IMG/VR virus record: IMGVR_UViG_2648501669_000002
Location: 1-27,386 of that record
DNA: 27,386 bases
Reading direction: 5' to 3' (one strand)
From: a virus
Lineage: Duplodnaviria; Heunggongvirae; Uroviricota; Caudoviricetes
Positions 12,272 through 21,449 of this stretch are shown one piece after another. The notes below the pieces were generated by a model. It was not told the origin of the DNA, ran no database searches, and worked only from the letters and a program-made list of their open reading frames with translations. Made by a program: the position numbers and the translations under genes. Positions within the stretch are counted from its first letter, which is position 1, and each line of letters opens with the position of its first letter.

Positions 12272-14051
12272 CTGACAGGATCCATGTTGATTTGCGCTTG
12301 TGCTTATAGTTCAGGGGTTCATTACTTGCGGCATGAGCTATGGCAAAGAAGATGTCAGCGTGCCCGGTTTCTTCGCTACGTTCGGCGGTGAAAGTGACTT
12401 TATTGCCGCTGTTGGTGGATTCCTGACGAATGGCCAGGAATGATGCCGGAATATCCGTGGCTTCCTCATCCCACTCAATACGGTTGGCGTAAACCAGATC
12501 CAGCATCTTCATCACCAGGCGGTTTTTGGATTCCACGCTGTAATGAATGGCCACTGTTTCACGGCGGGCAAATCCCTGAACCAGCTCAAAGACACCGTAG
12601 CCAAGACCGGTGACGTCGATGCCGATAAACGTCATGTTATAGCGCGCCTTAATGCCGCGGATACGCTCTGCCATAAACTGGAATGACATGCTGCGCCAGT
12701 GGTGTTTTTCCAGCACGCGGAATCGTTCTGCCGCAACCAGCGGCGGTGCCAGCACAACAAATGTGGCGTTATCGCCGGAGCGCGCAGGATCAAAGCCGCC
12801 CCACACCTCACGGTTACCAAATGGCATGGGCTCTTCCGGGTGAAAATCCTCCCACGTACTGACATCAACACCACAACGCACAAGATCATCGAATTTAAAG
12901 ACGCTCTCTTTGTCATCCACAAACACACACATAAACAGCATATTGAACGCTGTTTCGTTGTATCTCTCGCGCAGCTCGTTGATATCAGCAAGGTTAAAGC
13001 CGCCGGCAATGGCATCTTCCAGCGTAACCACATAGCGCCACTGACCATCCGGACATTCACGCCCACCATCGCGCAGCTCATCAAAGGATGGAAACTCAAC
13101 CCCTTTTCGTTTCGGATCGCCTTTGCGCCATTCATCGCCAGACCAGAACGGGTAGCCCTGGTGTGTTTTGGATGACGGCGTGGAGAAATAGGTAATACGC
13201 CAGTGTTTATGGGTGGCCATCCCTGATGCCACTTCATTGAGACGGCGAAAACCGGGGATCCACAGGTATTCATCAATATACAGGTGGCCGCTGTTTGACT
13301 GCGCTGTGTTACTGTTGGTCGCCAGAAAATACAGTTCAGCCAGATTACTTAACTTAACCGGATTGCCTTTAATGGGAATGCCAAACTCTGTTTGTGCAAT
13401 TTTTACAATATAAGTACGGAACACTTCGGCCTGACGTTTTGATGCCGATAAAAATATCTGTGTGTCGCCGGTTAATACTGCATCTTCAAATGCCTCAAAC
13501 GCGAAGTAATACGTCGCCCCAATCTGGCGGGATTTAAGCAGGTTGCGTACACGGCGGAATTTGTTTTCACGCAGATGCAACTGATAAGCAAACAACTTTT
13601 TCGTAAACGGCTCAAAACTTTCAGCAGTCAGTCCGGAAACGTCATTAGTTTTGCGGGGACGCTCTTTCTTACCTGCACCTTTTTCTCCGCGTTCTTCTTT
13701 TCCATAACGGCCAGGCTGGGGAATGTCCACTCCCATTCGCGCAATCTCAGCCATTCGTTCCGTGTGCTTGTTTCTGACCGACATCAGTTTGACGTGATGA
13801 CCAATCAGGCGATCAAGCTCATCGTGTTCTTCCTGGGTCTTATGGTCACGTTCCGCCAGTACAGCGAGACGCCGGGCGATAACATCTTCCACGCCTTCCG
13901 TATTGAGCTGCGTGTACCACTCAAACTTTGTCGCCCAGTAATAAACAATTCGCGGGCTGTTCAGTCCGAGTTTCTTTTGTATTTCTTTTGGTGTGTGCCT
14001 TTTCAGATAGAGTGATTTTGCTGCGGCAATAACTTCTTCAGAATAAGCCAT
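12264..14051 (-). CDS. P: Terminase large (ATPase) subunit, P2 gpP-like
   Basis: Track ORF of 595 aa (P2 gpP is about 590 aa), divergent from the scaffold gene; sequence is of the P2-type terminase ATPase family (recognised from memory). Confidence 0.9.
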   Translation of the reverse strand: MAYSEEVIAAAKSLYLKRHTPKEIQKKLGLNSPRIVYYWATKFEWYTQLNTEGVEDVIARRLAVLAERDHKTQEEHDELDRLIGHHVKLMSVRNKHTERMAEIARMGVDIPQPGRYGKEERGEKGAGKKERPRKTNDVSGLTAESFEPFTKKLFAYQLHLRENKFRRVRNLLKSRQIGATYYFAFEAFEDAVLTGDTQIFLSASKRQAEVFRTYIVKIAQTEFGIPIKGNPVKLSNLAELYFLATNSNTAQSNSGHLYIDEYLWIPGFRRLNEVASGMATHKHWRITYFSTPSSKTHQGYPFWSGDEWRKGDPKRKGVEFPSFDELRDGGRECPDGQWRYVVTLEDAIAGGFNLADINELRERYNETAFNMLFMCVFVDDKESVFKFDDLVRCGVDVSTWEDFHPEEPMPFGNREVWGGFDPARSGDNATFVVLAPPLVAAERFRVLEKHHWRSMSFQFMAERIRGIKARYNMTFIGIDVTGLGYGVFELVQGFARRETVAIHYSVESKNRLVMKMLDLVYANRIEWDEEATDIPASFLAIRQESTNSGNKVTFTAERSEETGHADIFFAIAHAASNEPLNYKHKRKSTWILSDE

Positions 14052-14100
14052 AAACTACCTGTGGAATTTATTTTAATGGGTTTTCATCTTTTTCCGGTTC

Positions 14101-14118
14101 GTTCCGTAGCGTTCCGTA
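14101..14118. repeat. Tandem direct repeat GTTCCGTA-GC-GTTCCGTA in the P-O divergent promoter region
   Basis: Read directly. Confidence 0.35.
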
Positions 14119-14174
14119 ATATCCCATTATTTGCCGCAGGCATTTTTTTAACGATTATCTGTTTTCGGTATTTT

Positions 14175-14196
14175 TCGGATATATGCGCATATCCGA
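14175..14196. promoter_or_regulatory. Near-perfect 22-bp palindrome TCGGATATATGCGCATATCCGA in the P-O intergenic region
   Basis: 8-bp perfect arms; lies in the 230-bp AT-rich divergent region where P2-type phages have Ogr-dependent late promoters (established for P2; assignment here is inference). Confidence 0.35.
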
Positions 14197-14281
14197 AAGT
14201 ACCGGAAATTAATCAGATGACGACGTTTTCATTTCTCCGTTAAATAACGCCAGTTTAATTTTTATCAGCGGATTAATTCAG

Positions 14282-15178
14282 ATGACGAAGCAGAAAACAG
14301 ACTGGGTTGTGGTTGCCACATCAGGCCCCACCATCGACGGTCGGGAAATTGATCCGAAGTGGCTGACGGATGCCGCCGAGGTTTACAACCCGGACGAGCG
14401 AGCCGCCATGCTCTGGCCATATCACGCCGATTCCGGATGGCGTGCCTTCACCAATAACTACGGCATTGTTGATGCCCTGAAAGTCGAAAAATTTGGTGAA
14501 AAGGTGCAGCTTAAAGCACGCCTGATCCCAAATCGCTTCCTGATTGAAGCCAATAAGGCCGGGCAGAAACTTTTTACCTCCATTGAAGTGCGGGAAAACT
14601 ATCTGGGCACGGGCAAATTCTTTGTGTCCGGTATCGCCGTGACGGATACCCCAGCCAGCATTAACACTACACGCCTGCAGTTTTCCATGGGGGAAGCCAT
14701 CCATATGGGCAACGCAGAGGCGCTGAATTTTACGCTGCAGCCTGATGATGAGCAGGCCAAGCGCAACTTCTTCTCCCGCTTCTTCTCATCTGACAATCAC
14801 CAACAGGGAATTTACCAAGCCATGAACGAAGAACAGTTCAGCCAGTTAATGGGTGCCATTAATAAAACCAGTGAACGCCTGGACGAGCTGGAAAAAAACG
14901 TCGCGCAGTTCAGCGCGAAGGATGCCCCGAAAGATACCGGTGATAACAAGCCGGAAGGCAGCACCGGCGATCAGGGGCAGGACAACGCAGAACAGAACAA
15001 CAAGGACGACAAAACCTTCACGCTGACCACCGAGCAGGGCGAAAAGCTGTTCTCCACAGTGAACGCCATCGCGGAGAAGGTTACCAGTATGGAAACCGCA
15101 TTTGCTGAACTCAGCAAGGACGCCACGAAGCTGCCGGGCAACAATCCGGCCGGTGGCGAAACTTTTAACCTGGTGTAA
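14282..15178 (+). CDS. O: Capsid scaffolding protein, P2 gpO-like
   Basis: Track ORF of 298 aa; N-terminal region (VVVATSGPTIDGREIDP...FVSGIAVTDTPAS) parallels P2 gpO; conserved position. Confidence 0.85.
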   Translation: MTKQKTDWVVVATSGPTIDGREIDPKWLTDAAEVYNPDERAAMLWPYHADSGWRAFTNNYGIVDALKVEKFGEKVQLKARLIPNRFLIEANKAGQKLFTSIEVRENYLGTGKFFVSGIAVTDTPASINTTRLQFSMGEAIHMGNAEALNFTLQPDDEQAKRNFFSRFFSSDNHQQGIYQAMNEEQFSQLMGAINKTSERLDELEKNVAQFSAKDAPKDTGDNKPEGSTGDQGQDNAEQNNKDDKTFTLTTEQGEKLFSTVNAIAEKVTSMETAFAELSKDATKLPGNNPAGGETFNLV

Positions 15179-15192
15179 CCGGAGAGAGCGCA

Positions 15193-16206
15193 ATGAATTT
15201 CACACCAGAAGCACAAAAGCTGGTTAATCGCTATATCAGCGAACTGCAAAAAACATTCAGTGACTGCGAACGCTCGAGCGATCGTTACTTTTCACTGACC
15301 GAACCGCGCAGCATTGCCCTGCGTAAAGCCCTGCTGGAAAGCACGGAGTTTCTGAGTTTCATCACCTGCATGGACGTTCCGCACCCGCAGGGGCAGGTCG
15401 TCACCGTGGGCGAATCCACACTGCGCACCGGTCGCGTGAAAAGCGGTCGTTTCGCTAAAGGTTCGGGCATCAAAGGCAACGAATTTAAACTCGTTGAAAC
15501 TGATTCCTGCTGCGTGATCACCTGGGAACAACTCGCCATCTGGGCGAATGCCGGCAGCCCGCAGGAATTTTTCAACCTGATGAACTCCGCCGCCGTCACC
15601 AACTTTGCGCTGGATATGCTGCGCATTGGCTTTAACGGTAAAACAGCAGCGGAAAACTCTGACCCGGAAAGTCATCCGAACGGCGAAGACGTCAACATCG
15701 GCTGGCATGAAATCGCCAAAAAGTGGGGAGAACAGCCCGGCAATACCTCCCGTATTCTGACAGACGCCGTTACCCTGGGCGAAGGCGGCGATTATGTCGG
15801 TCTTGATGCCATGGCCTCAGACCTGATCCGCACTTACATCCCGGCACAGTATCACAACGACCCACGACTTACCGTACTGGTCGGCGCAGACCTTGTGGCT
15901 GCTGAAGAACTACGCCTCTACAACAAAGAGGATAAGCCTACCGAAAAAGTGGCCGCACAGTTGCTGACAAAGAACATTGCAGGCCGCAAGGCTATCATTC
16001 CGCCGTTTATGCCGGGCAAACGTATGGTGGTGACCATGCTGCCAAACCTGCAGATCCTGACGCTGAAAGGCTCCCGCCGCCGCAAGGCAGAAGATGTGGG
16101 CGATCGCAAACAGTTCGAAAACTCATACTGGCGTTATGAGGGGTACGCCCTGGGCGATCCGGATTTATATGCTGCCGTGGATGAGTCTGCGGTCACCATC
16201 TCCTGA
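15193..16206 (+). CDS. N: Major capsid protein, P2 gpN-like
   Basis: Track ORF of 337 aa; segments LRIGFNGKTAAENSD, GEGGDYVGLDAM and DPRLTVLVGADL parallel P2 gpN (MAGFNGVKRAETSD, GKGGDYASLDAL, DPDLVVIVGRQL, from memory). Confidence 0.85.
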   Translation: MNFTPEAQKLVNRYISELQKTFSDCERSSDRYFSLTEPRSIALRKALLESTEFLSFITCMDVPHPQGQVVTVGESTLRTGRVKSGRFAKGSGIKGNEFKLVETDSCCVITWEQLAIWANAGSPQEFFNLMNSAAVTNFALDMLRIGFNGKTAAENSDPESHPNGEDVNIGWHEIAKKWGEQPGNTSRILTDAVTLGEGGDYVGLDAMASDLIRTYIPAQYHNDPRLTVLVGADLVAAEELRLYNKEDKPTEKVAAQLLTKNIAGRKAIIPPFMPGKRMVVTMLPNLQILTLKGSRRRKAEDVGDRKQFENSYWRYEGYALGDPDLYAAVDESAVTIS

Positions 16207-16223
16207 TAAACGGAGCGCACGGT

Positions 16224-16934
16224 ATGCCAACGCCAATGCAGCGACAACGTGCCCGACAGATGGATGAGCGCCGTGCGGCGCTCATGACCAGAACAGACGG
16301 GCGCGCCGTCAGCACAGAGAGTCAGCACATTAAGCTGCTGGCACTGGATAACGATGTCAGACAACTGCACAACATGGAGCTGCTGTCTGACAAGCTGGAA
16401 TTCAAGCGGAACACGCTGCTGCCCCGCTGGCTGCCACACGCACAGGCTTATCTGGAGGGGGAACGCGTCTATCAGAATCCCATTCTGGTGTACTGCATCA
16501 TCTGGCTGTTCGATACCGGGCAGTTTGAGATGGCGCTGCGGTGGGCTGACATTGCCATTGAGCAGGGGCAAAAGACGCCGGAGAACTTCAAAAGCGAGCT
16601 GCCAACGTTTGTGGCCCATTTCATTCTTGAATGGGCAGAAGCCGAAGCTGAACGCGGGAACAGTATCGCGCCATATTTTCAGCAGGTGTTTGAAAAAATC
16701 CGCGACAAATGGCGCGTGAATGAACGCCTTGCTGCCCGCTACTGGCGCTTTGCAGGCATCCTGCTGCTGCGCGGCGATGACGGCAAGCCACAGGCCAGCG
16801 CAATTAACGATCCGGAGAGACTGCAACAGGCCGACCAGTGCCTGGAACGGGCTGCCTGGCTGCATCCCAAAATTCAGGTGAAAACCCTGCGCCAGCGCAT
16901 TGCCGCAAGACTGCGCGCGTTGCAGGGCACGTAA
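16224..16934 (+). CDS. M: Terminase small/endonuclease subunit, P2 gpM-like
   Basis: Track ORF of 236 aa (P2 gpM is about 247 aa); conserved position after N. Confidence 0.8.
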   Translation: MPTPMQRQRARQMDERRAALMTRTDGRAVSTESQHIKLLALDNDVRQLHNMELLSDKLEFKRNTLLPRWLPHAQAYLEGERVYQNPILVYCIIWLFDTGQFEMALRWADIAIEQGQKTPENFKSELPTFVAHFILEWAEAEAERGNSIAPYFQQVFEKIRDKWRVNERLAARYWRFAGILLLRGDDGKPQASAINDPERLQQADQCLERAAWLHPKIQVKTLRQRIAARLRALQGT

Positions 16935-17032
16935 ACGACTCCCAACAACCGGGCGGGCGCGGTGGAGGTGTGCCGGTAAAAGCCATCAGCACACTGCGGA
17001 AACCGGTCAGCCCGCCTTTCCCCGGAGTGAGC

Positions 17033-17527
17033 ATGTTTGACGGGAAAAGCATTCACTATCAGCAGGCCATTATTCAGAACGATGGATTCTGGCCGGATAT
17101 TGATGCCGGCGATTTTGAAAAGAGCCGCAGCATCCCCGCCGTCACGTCACACGAAACGGTGCTGACGGCGCTGCTTTGCGCGGTAACAGAAATTAACACT
17201 GAACTGGCTGCACGCCGTGAATACTGGCAGGAACAGGGCCACACCCGGGCCGCCGATATTCCGGGTTACACCGTGTTGCAACCAGAACCGCGCAATACGG
17301 ATGCACAACCTGAACGGATGCAGAACCACATTACAGCACTGTACACCAAGGCTGTGTATGCCCGCGCAAAGGCCGATCTTTTGCCGGAATCTGCCAGCGT
17401 GGGGCGACGCGAGGCGCAGCCCTCATCAGAAGCCAGCGAGAGCCGCCGGACGTTGCTGGCTGAAGCGGCAATGGCGGTGCGAGCGCTGCTGGGCCGACCG
17501 CGTGCATCCATCGCGCTGATTGATTAA
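17033..17527 (+). CDS. L: Head completion/stabilisation protein, P2 gpL-like
   Basis: In-frame Met 66 of track ORF 16838..17527 with GGAG SD 5 nt upstream; 164 aa (P2 gpL is 169 aa); FWPDIDAGDF and the C-terminal GRPRASIALID resemble P2 gpL. Confidence 0.7.
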   Translation: MFDGKSIHYQQAIIQNDGFWPDIDAGDFEKSRSIPAVTSHETVLTALLCAVTEINTELAARREYWQEQGHTRAADIPGYTVLQPEPRNTDAQPERMQNHITALYTKAVYARAKADLLPESASVGRREAQPSSEASESRRTLLAEAAMAVRALLGRPRASIALID

Positions 17528-17536
17528 GGAAATGGT

Positions 17537-18010
17537 ATGACGCAACTCGCCAGCCTGACGGCATTCATTGAAAACAATCTGCCGGCACGCGCACACATTC
17601 CGTTCACCAGTGACATGGACGACATCACGCTCGTTCCGTTTACGAAGTCGCTGGGGCACGGGCAGTTATGTACGCAGGTCCGAAAATATACGGCTTTTCT
17701 GCGATGGGACGCATGGCCCTATCGTCAGCTCAATCCGGATTTGGTGTTTTCTCTGGTTGAAGCCTGGCTGGCAGACAACGGCGGCGACCTGCGCCAGCGC
17801 CTGGCACCGGATGCGCCAGCCGTTGACGTCGAAGTGGATGATGAAAATGAAGTTGCATGGCTGGAAATCAGTCTGCCGCTGGTTGATCCCATCACCCTGG
17901 TTGAGGACGAAAACGGCCCCATCCCCAGAGGCGGGAAACGTTATCAGCTGGAAAAGCCTGAAATCTGGGTGGCTCAGGCGCATCAGCTTCACTGTCAGGT
18001 GATGCCATGA
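17537..18010 (+). CDS. R: Tail completion protein, gpR-like
   Basis: Track ORF of 157 aa (P2 gpR is 155 aa); the EAWLADNGGD and ISLPLVDPITLVED pattern resembles P2 gpR. Confidence 0.6.
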   Translation: MTQLASLTAFIENNLPARAHIPFTSDMDDITLVPFTKSLGHGQLCTQVRKYTAFLRWDAWPYRQLNPDLVFSLVEAWLADNGGDLRQRLAPDAPAVDVEVDDENEVAWLEISLPLVDPITLVEDENGPIPRGGKRYQLEKPEIWVAQAHQLHCQVMP

Positions 18011-18720
18011 CGCGCCCCGTGATTAACGAGTCACAACTCCGGCAGGTTCGCCGCGCCATCAGAGAGGCAGAGCTTCCGCCGGCAAAGGCCAGAAAGCTGC
18101 TGGTTCGCATTGCGAAATACGGCCTGATACCGGCTGCACGACGCAATGTGAAAGCACAGCGAACACCGGAGGGGGTAGCCTGGGCACCACGAAAAAGACC
18201 GGATAAAGCCAGCGGCAGGTATAAAAACAAAATGCTGCTGGGGCTGCCGAAGCTGCTGGCCATCAGGGTTGACGGCAGCGGGAAAAGTGTCCGCCTTTTC
18301 TTCAAAAAAGGGGATTACAACACCGGCTCTCATGGTGGGGCGGTCGCGTGGGTGCAACAGCACGGCGCAACCATCAAAAGCCGCGCCACAAAACGCCGGG
18401 ACAGCGAAGCCATGCGCACCCGTCCCGCCACACGACGGCAGGCAGAACGCCTTCTTTCTCTGGGCTTTCGCGCCCCCGTCGGCGCAGTCAGCAAAAAAAC
18501 CGGACGCAGAGGACGCAGAAAGCCTTCTCTGAAATGGATTATGGAAAACATGAGTATGGCGCAGGCCGGACTGGTGATCAGCATTCTGAAAGGCGAGCAG
18601 AAAAAACGTGTATGGGAAATCAAAATCCCCTCCCGCGCATTTCTGGGAGCCAGCGATGCTGAATTTGCCCGCATTCTGGAAGCGCAGCTGCGCAGCCTGC
18701 ATTACGGCGGCACGAGATAA
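18007..18720 (+). CDS. Virion morphogenesis / tail completion protein, gpS-like, with extended basic C-terminal region
   Basis: Track ORF of 237 aa overlapping the R stop; the position matches P2 S but it is about 90 aa longer, so the family call is tentative. Confidence 0.5.
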   Translation: MTRPVINESQLRQVRRAIREAELPPAKARKLLVRIAKYGLIPAARRNVKAQRTPEGVAWAPRKRPDKASGRYKNKMLLGLPKLLAIRVDGSGKSVRLFFKKGDYNTGSHGGAVAWVQQHGATIKSRATKRRDSEAMRTRPATRRQAERLLSLGFRAPVGAVSKKTGRRGRRKPSLKWIMENMSMAQAGLVISILKGEQKKRVWEIKIPSRAFLGASDAEFARILEAQLRSLHYGGTR

Positions 18721-18739
18721 CAAAATCAGGAGACAAATT

Positions 18740-19888
18740 ATGACCTGGCCATCTGTCACAATTGAACAGTACAACACGTTCAGTAGCTCGCCGGACGGCG
18801 TGGAAAATACGCTGCTGTTTGTGGGCAATGCACAAAACAACAAAGGTAAGGTTCTGCCGGTTAATGCCAACAGCGATCTGGATGAACTGCTGGGAACAAA
18901 CGCCAGCCCGCTGAAGAACTTCCTTCGGTCTGCGCTGACCAATGCCGGACAGAATGCCTTTTTCTATGTTGCCGTTCTGCCGGAAGCCGGCAAAGGCAAA
19001 GAAGCGACGCCAGCCTGCCAGGTATGGCAGAACGCCATACTGGCGGCTCAGGAAACTGTTTCAGTTGAAGGCGTGGTGATCACCGAACCGGTCAGCACGA
19101 AGGATGACATCAACGCCATACAGGCGTTACGTCAGACCATCATCAATAAATATCAGCGCCGCATCTGGTTCATTCTGACCATTGCCGCCAATAACGGCAG
19201 CAAAACCTGGGCAGATTACGTTGCTGAACTGACCACGCTACAGGAAGGCATCGCCGCCCCGCAAATCATGCTGGTTCCGGAAATTTTTGGATTTGAACCG
19301 GGCGTTCTTGCCGGCCGTCTGTGTAACAGCGCCGTCACCATTGCTGATAGTCCGGCGCGTGTGGCAACCGGAGCGCTGTCCGCACTGAAGACCACGGAAC
19401 GCCCGAAAGACAGCGCAGGGCAGGCAATTGATCTCGACACTCTGCAGGCACTGGCAACCGCCCGCTACAGCGTGCCCATGTGGTATGCCGACTATGACGG
19501 CCTTTACTGGGCTGACGGTGTAACACTTGAGGTGGAAGGCGGGGACTACAACGTCATTGAGCATGTCCGCATTGCTGATAAGGTGGCGCGCCGCGTGCGG
19601 CTGATGGCCATCCCCAAGATTGCCGACCGCTCGCTGAACAGCACGCCGGGCAGCATTGCCGCACATGAAACGCTGTTTGCCCGCCCACTGCGTGCCATGG
19701 CGAAATCCATGCAAATTAACGGCATCACGTTTCCGGGCGAAGTGAAATCGCCCCGGAAAGGCGACGTAGTTATCACCTGGCAGGACGAAAAGACGGTCAG
19801 CATCAGCATTGTCGTCCGCCCTTACGCCTGCCCTAAAACCATCAAAGTGGGCATTCAGCTGGATAAATCTCTGGAGGAAAACGCATGA
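18740..19888 (+). CDS. Major tail structural protein, sheath-like (382 aa)
   Basis: In-frame Met 45 of track ORF 18608..19888 with CAGGAG SD 7 nt upstream; size and position (before a tube-like gene, chaperone and tape measure) fit a contractile-tail sheath. No clear similarity to P2 FI recalled. Confidence 0.5.
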   Translation: MTWPSVTIEQYNTFSSSPDGVENTLLFVGNAQNNKGKVLPVNANSDLDELLGTNASPLKNFLRSALTNAGQNAFFYVAVLPEAGKGKEATPACQVWQNAILAAQETVSVEGVVITEPVSTKDDINAIQALRQTIINKYQRRIWFILTIAANNGSKTWADYVAELTTLQEGIAAPQIMLVPEIFGFEPGVLAGRLCNSAVTIADSPARVATGALSALKTTERPKDSAGQAIDLDTLQALATARYSVPMWYADYDGLYWADGVTLEVEGGDYNVIEHVRIADKVARRVRLMAIPKIADRSLNSTPGSIAAHETLFARPLRAMAKSMQINGITFPGEVKSPRKGDVVITWQDEKTVSISIVVRPYACPKTIKVGIQLDKSLEENA

Positions 19889-20340
19889 CGACCCGCATTA
19901 ACGGCATGGCGTTTGACACTTTTATCGGTGGAACGGATATCCATGTGAAAAGCATCTCACTGGACATCAGCGATGAAAGCGCCGTTGCCAAAACCCGTGG
20001 CATCCCTGACGGCAAACTGCGCGGCCCTGTCAGTGCCGAAGGTGAAATCGAAATGAGTACCCGCAGCTTTAACCAGCTCGGGGAAGTGGCTGCTCAGGCG
20101 GGATCGTGGCGTGACCTGCCGCCAATGGATTTTGTGTTTTACGCCAATACGGGAACCGAAGAAATCCGCGTTGAAGCCTTCGGTTGTGAGCTGATGCTTT
20201 CCGGCCTGTTAAGCATTGACACCGAGAGCGCAGATCTGACCACGCACAAAATCAAGTACGTGGTGGCAAGCCCTGACTTTGTGCGTATCAACGGCGTGCC
20301 CGTTCTCTCAGAGAACGACGTGCGCGGACTGATGGGGTGA
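19885..20340 (+). CDS. Tail tube-like protein (151 aa)
   Basis: Track ORF overlapping the sheath-like stop (ATGA); size and position fit a tube protein. Family call by synteny only. Confidence 0.45.
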   Translation: MTTRINGMAFDTFIGGTDIHVKSISLDISDESAVAKTRGIPDGKLRGPVSAEGEIEMSTRSFNQLGEVAAQAGSWRDLPPMDFVFYANTGTEEIRVEAFGCELMLSGLLSIDTESADLTTHKIKYVVASPDFVRINGVPVLSENDVRGLMG

Positions 20341-20343
20341 ATC

Positions 20344-20640
20344 ATGCAGGAGCATGAGCGCACCATTATCACTCTGGGCATTCTGGGCGGAATCGCTGCC
20401 GCAAGTCGGGTGCTGGCTGGCGCAGAGCCGATTACGTTGCGGTTGTTTGTGGGCCGAACCCTGCTGGGGAGCGCGCTGGGTGTTTCTGCCGCTGCCCTGC
20501 TGGTTCGCTACCCGAACCTTGACCCACTGGCCATTGCCGGCGCAGGCACCGCAATGGGCGTTGCCGGTTACCAGATTGTTGAAATCTTCCTGCGTCATAT
20601 GCGCCGGAAGCTGGGCGAGAAAGAGAACAAAGAGGAGTAA
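20344..20640 (+). CDS. Putative holin (98 aa, three predicted TM segments and a charged C-terminus)
   Basis: Track ORF. Hydrophobic stretches (IITLGILGGIAAASRVLAG; LLGSALGVSAAALLV; LAIAGAGTAMGVAGYQIV) followed by RHMRRKLGEKENKEE; sits immediately upstream of the endolysin. Confidence 0.6.
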   Translation: MQEHERTIITLGILGGIAAASRVLAGAEPITLRLFVGRTLLGSALGVSAAALLVRYPNLDPLAIAGAGTAMGVAGYQIVEIFLRHMRRKLGEKENKEE

Positions 20641-20645
20641 CAGCA

Positions 20646-20753
20646 ATGCTGTCCCGCAGGGAACAAAAAGCTGCCGCCATTGCCTGGAAAATTATCCGGG
20701 CACTGTGGCACTGGCTGCACAAACCTCAACAACCCCGTAAGGAGCAAAAATGA
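20646..20753 (+). CDS. Possible small lysis-associated ORF (35 aa)
   Basis: Not in the track. ATG at 20646 with GAGGAG upstream; stop overlaps the endolysin ATG (ATGA). Translation MLSRREQKAAAIAWKIIRALWHWLHKPQQPRKEQK is amphipathic and basic. Could instead be untranslated spacer. Confidence 0.25.
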   Translation: MLSRREQKAAAIAWKIIRALWHWLHKPQQPRKEQK

Positions 20754-21091
20754 AACTCTCTGATAAACAACAAAAATTTACCGTCATGATCGGAAAACTC
20801 ATCCAGTTTGCCCATCAGCGCGGTTATGGCCTGACGTTCGGTGAAGCGTACCGCACGCCAGAACAGGCAAAACTCAACGCACAAAAGGGATCAGGCATTG
20901 CCAACAGCCTGCACTGTCAGCGGCTGGCCGTGGATTTTAACCTGTTTATTAACGGTGAATATCAGACCCGCACAGAGGCCTACCGCGAGCTGGGCGAGTA
21001 CTGGGAATCCCTTGGTGGCGCATGGGGCGGTCGTTTTAAAAACCGCCCGGATGGCAATCATTTCAGCCTTGAGCACGACGGCGTGCGCTGA
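20750..21091 (+). CDS. Endolysin, peptidase M15 (VanY-like zinc D,D- or L,D-peptidase) family
   Basis: Track ORF of 113 aa with AAGGAG SD. Zinc-ligand pattern H-x6-D (SLHCQRLAVD) and a C-terminal DGNHFSLEH as in M15 peptidase endolysins. Confidence 0.75.
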   Translation: MKLSDKQQKFTVMIGKLIQFAHQRGYGLTFGEAYRTPEQAKLNAQKGSGIANSLHCQRLAVDFNLFINGEYQTRTEAYRELGEYWESLGGAWGGRFKNRPDGNHFSLEHDGVR

Positions 21092-21098
21092 TTTTACG

Positions 21099-21128
21099 CT
21101 TAATAAGCCTTCCTGCAGGCTTATTAAG
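21099..21128 (+). terminator. Near-perfect 30-bp palindrome / hairpin after the endolysin
   Basis: 12-bp stem (CTTAATAAGCC.../...GGCTTATTAAG) followed by a moderately U-rich stretch; 8 nt downstream of the endolysin stop. Confidence 0.4.
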
Positions 21129-21155
21129 CCCTCTTATTCTTGACTTTAAAAGGAA

Positions 21156-21449
21156 ATGATGATGAACGATAAAAACACCCAGACTACCGCAGAGAACACC
21201 ATCACTTTGCAGGTCGGCGAGCATGAACTGACGTTTATCCCGACCGTTAAAGCCTACAACGATCTGCAGAACGACTTCATGCCGGATAACAAAATCGCGC
21301 CGCTGAAAAACTACCTGCGCCGCATCGTGATTAAAGAGCACCGCGATCTGCTGAACCAGTTGCTGGAAAAACCAGGAATGCCGGCCAGCCTGGCAACAGC
21401 CGTGAATAACGAGTTTGTGCCGGAAGTGGAAATCACCGTAAAAAAATAA
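21156..21449 (+). CDS. Tail assembly chaperone (P2 gpE / lambda gpG analogue)
   Basis: Track ORF of 97 aa immediately upstream of the tape measure gene; it ends in the A-run that forms the slippery site. Confidence 0.7.
   Translation: MMMNDKNTQTTAENTITLQVGEHELTFIPTVKAYNDLQNDFMPDNKIAPLKNYLRRIVIKEHRDLLNQLLEKPGMPASLATAVNNEFVPEVEITVKK

Noticed and set aside
14131-14150. Plus-strand terminator-like TGCC-GCAG-GCA followed by a T7 run upstream of the scaffold gene
   Set aside because: Only a 4-bp stem, and there is no rightward gene upstream that it would terminate; probably a chance T-run in AT-rich promoter DNA.
14061-14243. 60-aa ORF in the P-O intergenic region
   Set aside because: It falls within the AT-rich divergent promoter region full of dyad-symmetry elements, with no SD and a hydrophobic, low-complexity translation; more likely regulatory DNA than coding.
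20354-20740. 128-aa plus-strand ORF overlapping the holin in another frame
   Set aside because: Overlaps the well-supported holin and small-ORF region; the translation is Cys/Trp/Arg-rich, typical of an out-of-frame read of GC-rich coding sequence.
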